From Clostridiaceae bacterium (GTDB taxonomy: Bacteria > Bacillota > Clostridia > Christensenellales > CAG-138): 32,815 nt of DNA. Made by a program: the position numbers and the translations under genes. How positions within the stretch are numbered: position 1 is the stretch's first letter; every line of letters starts with the position of its first letter. A model generated the notes under the pieces. The model saw nothing but the letters and a program-made list of their open reading frames with translations. It did not search any database and had not been told where the DNA came from. Below are positions 26,394-32,815 of this stretch, one piece after another. The stretch is taken from NCBI GenBank assembly GCA_039683525.1, contig JBDKRF010000016.1, forward strand, positions 1-32,815, given 5' to 3'.

Positions 26394-26571
26394 GGCAGTA
26401 CACCTCCATAATAAAATAAAAATAGTGGGCGCAAATCAGATTGCACCCACTATGAACAAACCATCCGTTAAGAAAGAGTGTTGCTACCGTGCCTGACAAT
26501 CGTCGGCAGGTGAGAAGCGGGCGCTTCTGCTTGAACATGCTTATTATATGGATAAGCGCGTGCCATGTCAA
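26394..26571 (-). promoter_or_regulatory. consensus promoter plus L20-leader-type attenuator upstream of infC-rpmI-rplT
   Basis: On the minus strand, TTGACA (26571..26566), a 17-nt spacer, then TATAAT (26548..26543). A leader of about 140 nt follows. It ends in a 12-bp hairpin (26422..26453, one mismatch) followed by TTTTTATTTTATT, immediately before the infC SD sequence. Confidence 0.7.
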
Positions 26572-26618
26572 GCAAAAAGATGTAAAATGCGCCCGAAATC
26601 TCTGGAAATATGCCGGTT

Positions 26619-27932
26619 TTAGTCTTCCGCGCCCTGCAGGGCTTCCAGCTTGGACTGCGGTTTGCCAGGTTTGCTATCGCCGTACTTTGTGAGCGAAATC
26701 GGGATGATCGCAAGCGCGATGAAAAACGCAGCATAGGGGAAGAGCGTGTCGTAACCAACATATTGCAGCAAGTAGCCGGAGATGATGGGCGTTACGACCT
26801 GCGCCGCCATGGAGCAGGTGTAGTAAAAGCCCGTGTATTTACCGACGTTGCCGAAGCGCGAGATCTCCCATACCATCGGGAAGGTGTTGACTGTAACGGC
26901 AGCCTGCGCAAAGCCGATTGCCGCGAACATCACATAGAGTAGCGGCGAGAAGGTGCGCGCACCAACCGCGCCGAAGATGAAGCACGCAAGCGCCACGATG
27001 AGGCCGATGATGATGGTCTTTTTGCGCCCGATGCGAGCGGAAAGAAAACCGATGGGGAGATACGAGATAATCGCAGCGCCCGTTGCCACAAGAAGGCAGG
27101 TTGAGGCGCCGCCCAGCCCGGCAGCCCACATCTTGGTTGCATACTTGCTAAAGGCAGTTGTGACCGCGTTATAGCCTAAGAACCAGAGCGTGATGGTCGC
27201 AAGAATGAGGATGAGGCTTCGCATGACTTCCGGCGGGAGCTTCTGCTTGCCGTCTACGTCGATGGACTTGCTCTGGTCTTCCGTCTCGGAAACGCCGTAG
27301 TTGATGTCCTTCATCTGCTGGACAAGCTTTCTTTCCGGAACGAAGAAGAAGACCGTCAGCGCCGCGAGAACCATGAGGATACCCACCGCGAGGAAGAGCG
27401 TGAAGTAATCGGATCGACCGGCAGCGTTGGTCGTGATGAGCATTTTCATGACGACGAGCGTAAACGCGCCGCCGACCGCGCCCATGAGGTTGATGATCGC
27501 GTTGCCCTTGCTTCGCACGGGCTTTGGCGTGACATCCGGCATCAGCGCGACGGCGGGGGAGCGATAGGTACCCATCGTGAGCAGCAGCGCGCCGAGCACG
27601 ACGATGAACACGATCAGAGAAGTGGATGGTGCCCAGGTGCCATAGGAATTATCGAGCACGGGGAGGAGCATCATCAACACCACCGCGGTAAACGTGCCCG
27701 CGACGATGAAGGGAATGCGTCTGCCGACCTTGTCGCTCAGCGCGCCGAACAGCGGCAGCAAAAAGAGCGCCACGATGTTATCGAGGCTCATGATGATGCC
27801 CGCGGCACCGTCGCCCATTTGATATGTATCGCGCAGAATCAGGGGGATAATGGTGTCGTACATCTGCCAAAATGCGCTGATCGAGAGAAACGCAAAGCCG
27901 ACAAGGAACGTGCGCTTGTAATTTAGTTTCAT
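26619..27932 (-). CDS. MFS transporter
   Basis: 437 aa with about 12 predicted TM segments (MKLNYKRTFLVGFAFLSISAFWQMYDTIIPLIL...). The substrate is unknown. Confidence 0.85.
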   Translation of the reverse strand: MKLNYKRTFLVGFAFLSISAFWQMYDTIIPLILRDTYQMGDGAAGIIMSLDNIVALFLLPLFGALSDKVGRRIPFIVAGTFTAVVLMMLLPVLDNSYGTWAPSTSLIVFIVVLGALLLTMGTYRSPAVALMPDVTPKPVRSKGNAIINLMGAVGGAFTLVVMKMLITTNAAGRSDYFTLFLAVGILMVLAALTVFFFVPERKLVQQMKDINYGVSETEDQSKSIDVDGKQKLPPEVMRSLILILATITLWFLGYNAVTTAFSKYATKMWAAGLGGASTCLLVATGAAIISYLPIGFLSARIGRKKTIIIGLIVALACFIFGAVGARTFSPLLYVMFAAIGFAQAAVTVNTFPMVWEISRFGNVGKYTGFYYTCSMAAQVVTPIISGYLLQYVGYDTLFPYAAFFIALAIIPISLTKYGDSKPGKPQSKLEALQGAED

Positions 27933-28070
27933 GTGTTTTTCTCCGATTTTTTAAGATGAGTTCAATTGGAATCGCTTGGATCGCCTACCGCTGTGTTATA
28001 TACATGGTAGCGCAATTATCGTATAATAACAACAAAAATCGACGTAAAAATCAACCGGAGGATGAATAAA

Positions 28071-28904
28071 ATGTGGATCACGATTGCAGTACTGCTCGTG
28101 CTGATCACGCTTTGGCTCGCCCTGATCATGCCCGCAAGGAGCACGAAAGTGCAGCGCACGCCGTTTTCCGGGCGAACGTTTGCCCACCGCGGACTGTTTT
28201 CAGCCGATCAGAGTGTTCCCGAGAACTCGCTTGCCGCTTTCCGTGCGGCGGTGGAGGCGGGATACGGCGTGGAGCTGGATGTGCAGCTGACGCGTGACAA
28301 GCAGGTTGTGGTGTTTCACGACGACGACCTCAAGCGGGTTTGCGGCGTGGACGCGCGCGTGGACGCGTATACGCTAGAAGAGCTCAAGCAGATGCCGCTC
28401 TGCGGCACTTCGGAACGCATGCCTCTGTTTACCGAGGTTCTTGCCACGATCGATGGCAAGATTCCAATGATCGTGGAGCTCAAGAGCGGCGGGGACTGGA
28501 AGACGCTCTGCCCGAAGACGCTGGAACTGCTCACCGCATACAAAGGCAACTATTGCGTGGAGAGCTTTCATCCGCTACTCGTACGCTGGTTTTACTTAAA
28601 CGCGCCGCAGATTCTCCGCGGGCAGCTTTCGGAAGCTGCGCGGTATTCGAAGGAAGGCTTGCCGTTGTATCAGGCGATCATGATGAGCAGGCTGTTCACC
28701 AATATCCTCACGCACCCGCATTTCATCGCCTATCGCGTGGGACCAAAGTGCCTATCGGTTCGCATCTGCGAAGGCTTAGGCGCGATGCGCGTCTGCTGGA
28801 CCGCGCGGCCGACCGACGACCACGCGAAGCTCACGCGCAAGAACGACGCGATCATCTTTGAGCACTATCTGCCGGAGACGCACTTTTCCGCCAAGCGGGA
28901 CTAG
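28071..28904 (+). CDS. membrane-anchored glycerophosphodiester phosphodiesterase (GDPD) family protein
   Basis: FAHRGLF...VPENSLAAFRAAVEAGYGVELDVQLTRDKQVVVFHDDDL, preceded by an N-terminal TM helix. ATG 28071 lies 9 nt after GGAGG, whereas the track start at 28062 abuts the SD sequence. Confidence 0.85.
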   Translation: MWITIAVLLVLITLWLALIMPARSTKVQRTPFSGRTFAHRGLFSADQSVPENSLAAFRAAVEAGYGVELDVQLTRDKQVVVFHDDDLKRVCGVDARVDAYTLEELKQMPLCGTSERMPLFTEVLATIDGKIPMIVELKSGGDWKTLCPKTLELLTAYKGNYCVESFHPLLVRWFYLNAPQILRGQLSEAARYSKEGLPLYQAIMMSRLFTNILTHPHFIAYRVGPKCLSVRICEGLGAMRVCWTARPTDDHAKLTRKNDAIIFEHYLPETHFSAKRD

Positions 28905-28940
28905 GATTTTCCTGCGGATGATTGTTGCTGGAGGTGAAGT

Positions 28941-29566
28941 ATGAAAGAGATCTTATTGATCGCTTACGGGTTTCTGAGCACGATATTGCCTGCGCTGCTA
29001 TGCTACGGCGCGCTGCACTTGGTTTATCGATCAAAGGGAATCCGCGAGCCGCGGCTTCGTTTGTTGATGATTCTGTATCGGTCTATGTCGCGGGCGTTTT
29101 CTTTTTCACAGGAGCGGGAACGGTGTACGACATACGCCAGTATGGCCTGGACGCGATGGCGACGCAGGCAAACCTGATCCCGTTTTCCGACAAATCGATC
29201 GACGTCGTGGCCTATCTGCTCAACGTGGTCCTGTTTCTGCCGCTTGGCTTTCTGCTGCCGCTGCTTTGGCCGAAACAGGCCAAGCTCTGGAAGATATTGC
29301 TTGCGGGGGTTGCGTTTTCGCTGCTCATTGAACTGAGCCAGCTGCTGAACATCCGCAATTCGGACATCGACGATCTGCTGCTCAATACGCTTGGCGCAGT
29401 GGTCGGGTTTGCGCTGTATCGGGGTTGCGCCGTGTTGACGAAGCGGGAGAAACGCATCGAAACGGGATTTCGCGCGGAGGCGCTGCTCTATTTTCTCGTG
29501 ATGTTCCTGGGCCGCTTCCTGCTGTTTCATGAGCTTGGATTCGCAAAAATCCTGTACGGGTTTTAA
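28941..29566 (+). pseudogene. VanZ-family membrane protein split across two reading frames
   Basis: A strong SD (GGAGGTGAAGT) precedes ATG 28941, and the TM-like N-terminus MKEILLIAYGFLSTILPALLCYGALHLVYRSKG is in one frame. The VanZ core (SVYVAGVFFFTGAG, NLIPF, NVVLFLPLGFLLP, SLLIELSQL..DIDDLLLNTLGAVVG) is in the -1 frame through 29566. The frames switch near 29050..29060. Confidence 0.6.
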
Positions 29567-29585
29567 TCAGCTCAAATAGAGAAAG

Positions 29586-29615
29586 AAAACCTGACAGACA
29601 TTGTCAGGTTTTTTG
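29586..29615 (+). terminator. intrinsic terminator after the VanZ gene
   Basis: AAAACCTGACA-GACAT-TGTCAGGTTTTTT. Confidence 0.85.
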
Positions 29616-29650
29616 CTTTATAGTGGAGTTATAAGAGCAAAGGAGAGACG

Positions 29651-30292
29651 ATGATGGAACAGCAGTTTGAGTTTCTGAAGGAATACAAAGAGCTTTATCA
29701 ACCGAAATCGACGCCTGCGATCATCGATGTGCCGGAGATGACGTTTTTCGCCGTGGACGGCAAAGGGAACCCGAACGAGGAGAACGGAGAATACGGCAAA
29801 GCGGTCGGGCTTCTTTACGCGCTGAGCTACACGATCAAGATGAGCGACAAAGGTGGCACAAAGCTTGCGGGGTTTTTCCCGTATAAGGTCGCTCCCTTGG
29901 AAGGCTTCTGGCAGATGGCGGATGGCAAACCCGGCGTGGATTACAACAGTAAGGACGCCTTTGAGTGGACGAGCCTGATCCGCCAACCGGAGTTTGTGGA
30001 TGCGGCGGCGTTTGACTGGGCCTGCGAGCAGGTGCGCAAGAAGAAGGGGCTGGACACATCCTGCGCGCGGTTGATGCAGTTTCGGGAAGGACTTTGCGTG
30101 CAGATGATGCACATCGGCCCGTACGACGCGGAGCCTGCGAGCGTGGAGCAGATGGACGCGTTCGTGCTGGCAAACGGTTATCGCAACGACCTCGGCATCC
30201 GCCGCCACCATGAGATCTATCTCGGTGATCCATCCAAATCCGCAACGGAAAAACTGAAAACGGTGCTAAGGCATCCGGTCGTGAAAGCTTAA
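29651..30292 (+). CDS. GyrI-like small-molecule-binding domain protein
   Basis: 213 aa with GGAGAG upstream. PEMTFFAVDGKGNPN...GFWQMADG...MHIGPYD...HHEIYLGDPSKSATEKLKTVLRHPV matches the GyrI-like/SOUL-type family as I recall it. Confidence 0.7.
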   Translation: MMEQQFEFLKEYKELYQPKSTPAIIDVPEMTFFAVDGKGNPNEENGEYGKAVGLLYALSYTIKMSDKGGTKLAGFFPYKVAPLEGFWQMADGKPGVDYNSKDAFEWTSLIRQPEFVDAAAFDWACEQVRKKKGLDTSCARLMQFREGLCVQMMHIGPYDAEPASVEQMDAFVLANGYRNDLGIRRHHEIYLGDPSKSATEKLKTVLRHPVVKA

Positions 30293-30297
30293 AACAA

Positions 30298-30560
30298 CCA
30301 AAAATCAAAAGCGCCAAATGATATGCGGGAGTGCTTTTCTACAGAAAAGCCTCCCCCTAAACTCTAACTCCACCAAAAATCAAAAGCCCCAAATGATCTG
30401 CGGGAGAACTTTTCTACAGAAAAGCCACACCTAAACTTAACATCACCAAAAATCAAAAGCGCCAAATGATCTGTGGGAGAGCTTTTCTACAGAAAAGCCT
30501 CCCCCTAAACTCTAACTCCACCAAAAATCAAAAGCCCCCGCATTGCTGCGGAGGCTTTTG
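30298..30560 (+). repeat. 73-75 bp tandem repeat, 3 full copies plus a 4th copy that forms a terminator-like hairpin
   Basis: Units start at 30298, 30373, 30446 and 30521, each with CCAAAAATCAAAAGC. Units 1 and 3 are nearly identical and unit 2 is more diverged. Each full unit contains GGGAG.GCTTTTC-TACA-GAAAAGCCTCCC. Unit 4 reads AATCAAAAGCCCCCGCA-TTGC-TGCGGAGGCTTTTGATT. Confidence 0.9.
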
Positions 30561-30883
30561 ATTGGGATGGGATGGGAGGTAATATTGGGGGTTTGTCAGT
30601 CTATGTCCTTGCTCTGGTGATAATGTACTACCCGCTTATGGAATAGCAATGTATAAAAAGTGAACTTCCTGTTACACACAAAGTTGCTCCAAAACAACCG
30701 ATTTTCGACTGTAAGACACAGAGAATAACAGAGAAACAACAGGTCAAATTTGCACAGAAACACGCGAAATTACGAAGAATTTACAAGAATCGGATGCAAT
30801 CGTCTCAACTGTTAAGCGGCAGACAGGGTAGGATGCCAAAATACGCTATGGTGATTTCCACACGAAAATGAGAAAAAAACGTC

Positions 30884-30911
30884 TTGCAATTTCATCTTCC
30901 TTGTGTATAAT
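30884..30911 (+). promoter_or_regulatory. sigma-A-type promoter of the tRNA operon
   Basis: TTGCAA (30884..30889), a 16-nt spacer, then TATAAT (30906..30911), about 14 nt before the tRNA-Val 5' end. Confidence 0.6.
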
Positions 30912-30924
30912 AATATTTGCACTC

Positions 30925-31001
30925 GGGGTTATAGCTCAGCTGGTCAGAGCGCTACGTTGACATCGTAGAGGTCGTTGGTTCGATCCCAATTAACCCCACC
31001 A
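30925..31001 (+). tRNA. tRNA-Val (anticodon GAC), CCA encoded
   Basis: Cloverleaf read by hand: acceptor GGGGTTA / TAACCCC, D arm GCTC..GAGC, anticodon arm CTACG-TTGACAT-CGTAG, T arm GTTGG-TTCGATC-CCAAT, discriminator A, CCA. Confidence 0.92.
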
Positions 31002-31010
31002 CCTTCAAAA

Positions 31011-31194
31011 TTGAATATCCTGCGGTGTGCGTTACGTCTTCCGTTTATAAACCCACAAAGTAACTTCGGGAGCGTTTCGTTGAGAAGACAAGATCAGGCC
31101 CGTTACGGATGGGAAGATCGCGGCAATCACGGCGTACCCACCTGCCGAGAGGCGGGTGTTATAAAGAGGGCGAACGGCACTTCGGGATACTCAA
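31011..31194 (+). ncRNA. candidate structured RNA of unknown class within the tRNA-Val/tRNA-Gln spacer
   Basis: The 5' strand 31011..31050 pairs with the 3' strand 31159..31194 for about 33 bp in five helical segments separated by 1-2 nt bulges. An 8-bp hairpin with a GAGA tetraloop (31139..31158) abuts this rod. No terminator or promoter separates it from the flanking tRNAs. Confidence 0.5.
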
Positions 31195-31204
31195 CAGACC
31201 GCAT

Positions 31205-31278
31205 TGCGGAATTGTGTAATGGTAGCACCTACGACTCTGACTCGTATTGTCTAGGTTCGAGTCCTAGTTCCGCAGCCA
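31205..31278 (+). tRNA. tRNA-Gln (anticodon CTG), CCA encoded
   Basis: Acceptor TGCGGAA / TTCCGCA (U1-A72, typical of bacterial tRNA-Gln), anticodon arm TACGA-CTCTGAC-TCGTA, T arm CTAGG-TTCGAGT-CCTAG, discriminator G, CCA. Confidence 0.9.
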
Positions 31279-31309
31279 AGAAAAAGCCCAACAACGGGGC
31301 TTTTTTTGC
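31279..31309 (+). terminator. intrinsic terminator of the tRNA operon
   Basis: AAAAAGCCC-AACAACG-GGGCTTTTTTT. Confidence 0.85.
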
Positions 31310-31435
31310 TTTTTGGCATCGTACAATAACGTAGGGGAATAAATCGTTTCATGCCAGATTCTTGCTGGGGCTGAGGGCGATATTTTACCTTTTTGGAATT
31401 GTTTTCTACTAGATTAACAAACAAAGGATATGCAG

Positions 31436-31467
31436 TACAATAAAAAATAGGCTCTCGAGAGAGCCTA
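31436..31467 (-). terminator. intrinsic terminator ending the minus-strand unit that comes from the zinc-ribbon gene
   Basis: On the minus strand, an 8-bp stem TAGGCTCT / AGAGCCTA with a 4-nt loop is followed by TTTTTTATT. Confidence 0.8.
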
Positions 31468-31523
31468 TGTGGAGGGATGGGTGGGCATGACCCCCGGGTG
31501 CGTATGCAGACAACCCTGTTGCG

Positions 31524-31598
31524 TTACTCGAATCCTACTGCGCCCAATAGCTTTCGCTCCATCCCAAACACACCCATGCGACAAGTATTATTTGTCAT
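31524..31598 (-). CDS. candidate 24-codon small ORF (MTNNTCRMGVFGMERKLLGAVGFE)
   Basis: AAGGAGGT (31613..31606) lies 7 nt upstream of ATG 31598, and the stop is at 31526..31524. The terminator lies about 55 nt downstream. It is below the track's length cutoff, and I have no homology evidence. Confidence 0.3.
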   Translation of the reverse strand: MTNNTCRMGVFGMERKLLGAVGFE

Positions 31599-31816
31599 CC
31601 GCGATACCTCCTTGATGAACTCCAGAAACAAAGTTGCTAAAGCCGTAAAGAAGGATAGAACTCCGACTGGGACGCCGCAAAGAAACGCGACAAGCAAGGT
31701 TGTTATTGCCTAATAAAAGTGAAACCTGAATACATGAGAAAGTAAACTGAATGGTTTAGCGAAATTTGCTAGTGAAACTTACCTTACTTTGGCGAGTGAA
31801 CTGTTGAAGATCAGGC

Positions 31817-32392
31817 TTATTTCCCCCAGCCGCTTGGCGCAAACGCAAGTAAAAGTGCGCTGAGCGCCAGAATCACGCCGGAGGCAATCAGCGACCAGGT
31901 ACGGCGATTGTTCGTTTTAGCAAGGGCGAGACCGATCGCAAAAAAGATCAGCGCGGGCACGAGAAACGAAAGCCCCGGCAGCCCGATATCCTGAGAACAC
32001 CAATAGCCGATGAGGGAGAGTACAAGCGCGGTGATGCCGCAGCCGCTTTCCTTCTTTTTTTGCCGTTGTTGCACTTTGTCGAATTCGTCGGAAGTGTAAA
32101 CACCCTCACCCGCGTGCACGGAAAATGCTTCCAGCGGAATATCCGCGCGAATCGGGGCTACATCCCGCAGGGTGCGACCGCAATCCGGACAGTGCGTATC
32201 AAACGAATGCCGACCGCAGTTTGGGCAAACTTTCTCATGGCTCTCGTGCAGGACGCCGCATTGCGGGCAATGCGAGGTGGTGAAGCGCGTTGCGCAGTTT
32301 TCACAGACGTAGAGAAAAGAAGTGGAGCCGCACGCGAGGCATCGGCGAACGCCTTGACTGGCGAGTGATCCGCAGGAAGCACATGCTTTCAT
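31817..32392 (-). CDS. zinc-ribbon (multiple CxxC) membrane protein
   Basis: 191 aa with GGAAGGAA 7 nt upstream. Eight CxxC pairs lie in the first ~75 residues (CASCG, CLACG, CENC, CPQCG, CPNCG, CPDCG...), followed by 2-3 C-terminal TM helices. Confidence 0.75.
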   Translation of the reverse strand: MKACASCGSLASQGVRRCLACGSTSFLYVCENCATRFTTSHCPQCGVLHESHEKVCPNCGRHSFDTHCPDCGRTLRDVAPIRADIPLEAFSVHAGEGVYTSDEFDKVQQRQKKKESGCGITALVLSLIGYWCSQDIGLPGLSFLVPALIFFAIGLALAKTNNRRTWSLIASGVILALSALLLAFAPSGWGK

Positions 32393-32450
32393 AAGACGGT
32401 TCCTTCCGAAATTGAAAGTTGGATCAGGGACGCGTTACGGTAAGGACTTG

Positions 32451-32815
32451 CTACTTTTTATCCGGACCGTTGGCAGGTGTTTCAGCGGAGAATTCTTCCG
32501 GCAGGGTATCCGGCGCCCAGAGGCCGCGCGCCATGTACCAATCGATGGATTCGCGCAGAAACTCGACGCTGACGTTGAGCGTAAACGCAATCTCATAGAT
32601 GTCGTCGGTGTTGCGCGCCGCGGTGCGGATTGCGTCGGGCGATAGCAGGCGATCGTGCGCCCATTTGCGTGCCTTCGCTTCAGCGCGCCAGTCATCCGCA
32701 GCGTTGTAGTGCAGTCTGCGGTCTGACCCGGTATAATGATGTCCCAACTCCTCCGCCAGCCAGCAGGCGCGCTCCGCCTGTGTGCCGTCCATGCGGATGA
32801 TGATGTGTTCGCCGG
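32451..32815 (-). CDS. ImmA/IrrE-like (peptidase M78 / DUF955-type) protein, 5' end outside window, metal motif degenerate
   Basis: The frame stays open upstream of the track Met to the window edge (..GEHIIIRMDGTQAERACWLAEELGHHYTG..). The motif context resembles (F/W)xLAHELGH of ImmA/IrrE, but the first His is Glu. Confidence 0.55.
   Translation of the reverse strand, partial: GEHIIIRMDGTQAERACWLAEELGHHYTGSDRRLHYNAADDWRAEAKARKWAHDRLLSPDAIRTAARNTDDIYEIAFTLNVSVEFLRESIDWYMARGLWAPDTLPEEFSAETPANGPDKK

Noticed and set aside
30298-30560. Possible CRISPR array
   Set aside because: The whole 73-75 bp unit repeats head to tail with no unique spacers, there are no cas genes in the window, and the units are too long and too diverged.
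30564-30591. G-quadruplex-type motif GGGATGGGATGGGAGGTAATATTGGGGG
   Set aside because: It is a single occurrence in GC-rich DNA with a long last loop, and nothing ties it to a function.
31002-31204. SRP (4.5S/scRNA) or 5S rRNA identity for the inter-tRNA element
   Set aside because: TCAGGCCCGTTACGGATGGGAAG superficially resembles SRP helix 8 (CAGGUCCGGAAGGAAGCAGC). However, the conserved GGAA tetraloop and AGCAGC strand are absent, and there is no resemblance to Firmicute 5S rRNA.
30975-31334. 119-aa ORF spanning the tRNA region
   Set aside because: It starts inside tRNA-Val and reads through the spacer, tRNA-Gln and the terminator, so it is an artefact of an open frame across RNA genes.
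31470-31600. tmRNA or tRNA-like remnant (GTAGGATTCGAG and ...CCCATCCCTCCA on the minus strand)
   Set aside because: There is no acceptor-stem pairing, no proper T arm and no CCA-adjacent 3' end, the length is far too short for tmRNA, and the motifs are isolated short matches.
31310-32815. Prophage or ICE integrated at tRNA-Gln
   Set aside because: There is no integrase, no direct repeat of the tRNA 3' end and no phage structural genes in the window. An ImmA-like fragment alone is insufficient, so this is kept only as a low-confidence note in the findings.

Overview
GC-rich Bacillota (Clostridia-type) chromosomal segment, mostly housekeeping genes; all calls are by-eye reading with no database search. 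Minus strand, left: thiI (cut by the window edge), a cysteine desulfurase, msrAB, three tandem paralogous small membrane proteins, several hypotheticals and a ParE/ParC-like type IIA topoisomerase pair. Plus strand, centre: a dcw cluster, mraZ-rsmH-ftsL-like-class B PBP-murE-mraY-like-murD, which ends at a bidirectional terminator with no murF, ftsW, murG or ftsQAZ. Right: pncA-like hydrolase, TrmH-family methyltransferase, GNAT, an ArsR-MFS pair, the infC-rpmI-rplT operon with an L20-leader-type attenuator, a second MFS, a GDPD phosphodiesterase, a frame-split VanZ gene, a GyrI-like protein, a 73-75 bp tandem repeat, a tRNA-Val/tRNA-Gln operon, then a zinc-ribbon membrane protein and a truncated ImmA/IrrE-like gene. 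Main observations: (1) the dcw class B PBP lacks both catalytic lysines (SxxK reads SMFD, KTG reads FSG). (2) The neighbouring MraY homologue has substitutions at several PNPT-invariant positions (GDxGS Asp to Ser, HHH to HRH) and a proline-rich replacement of its conserved cytoplasmic loop, while MraZ, RsmH, MurE and MurD look intact. (3) The ~200-nt spacer between the two tRNAs folds into a ~33-bp terminal rod with a GNRA-capped hairpin, suggesting an unclassified co-transcribed structured RNA. No CRISPR array, integrase, transposase or recognisable defence system was seen.
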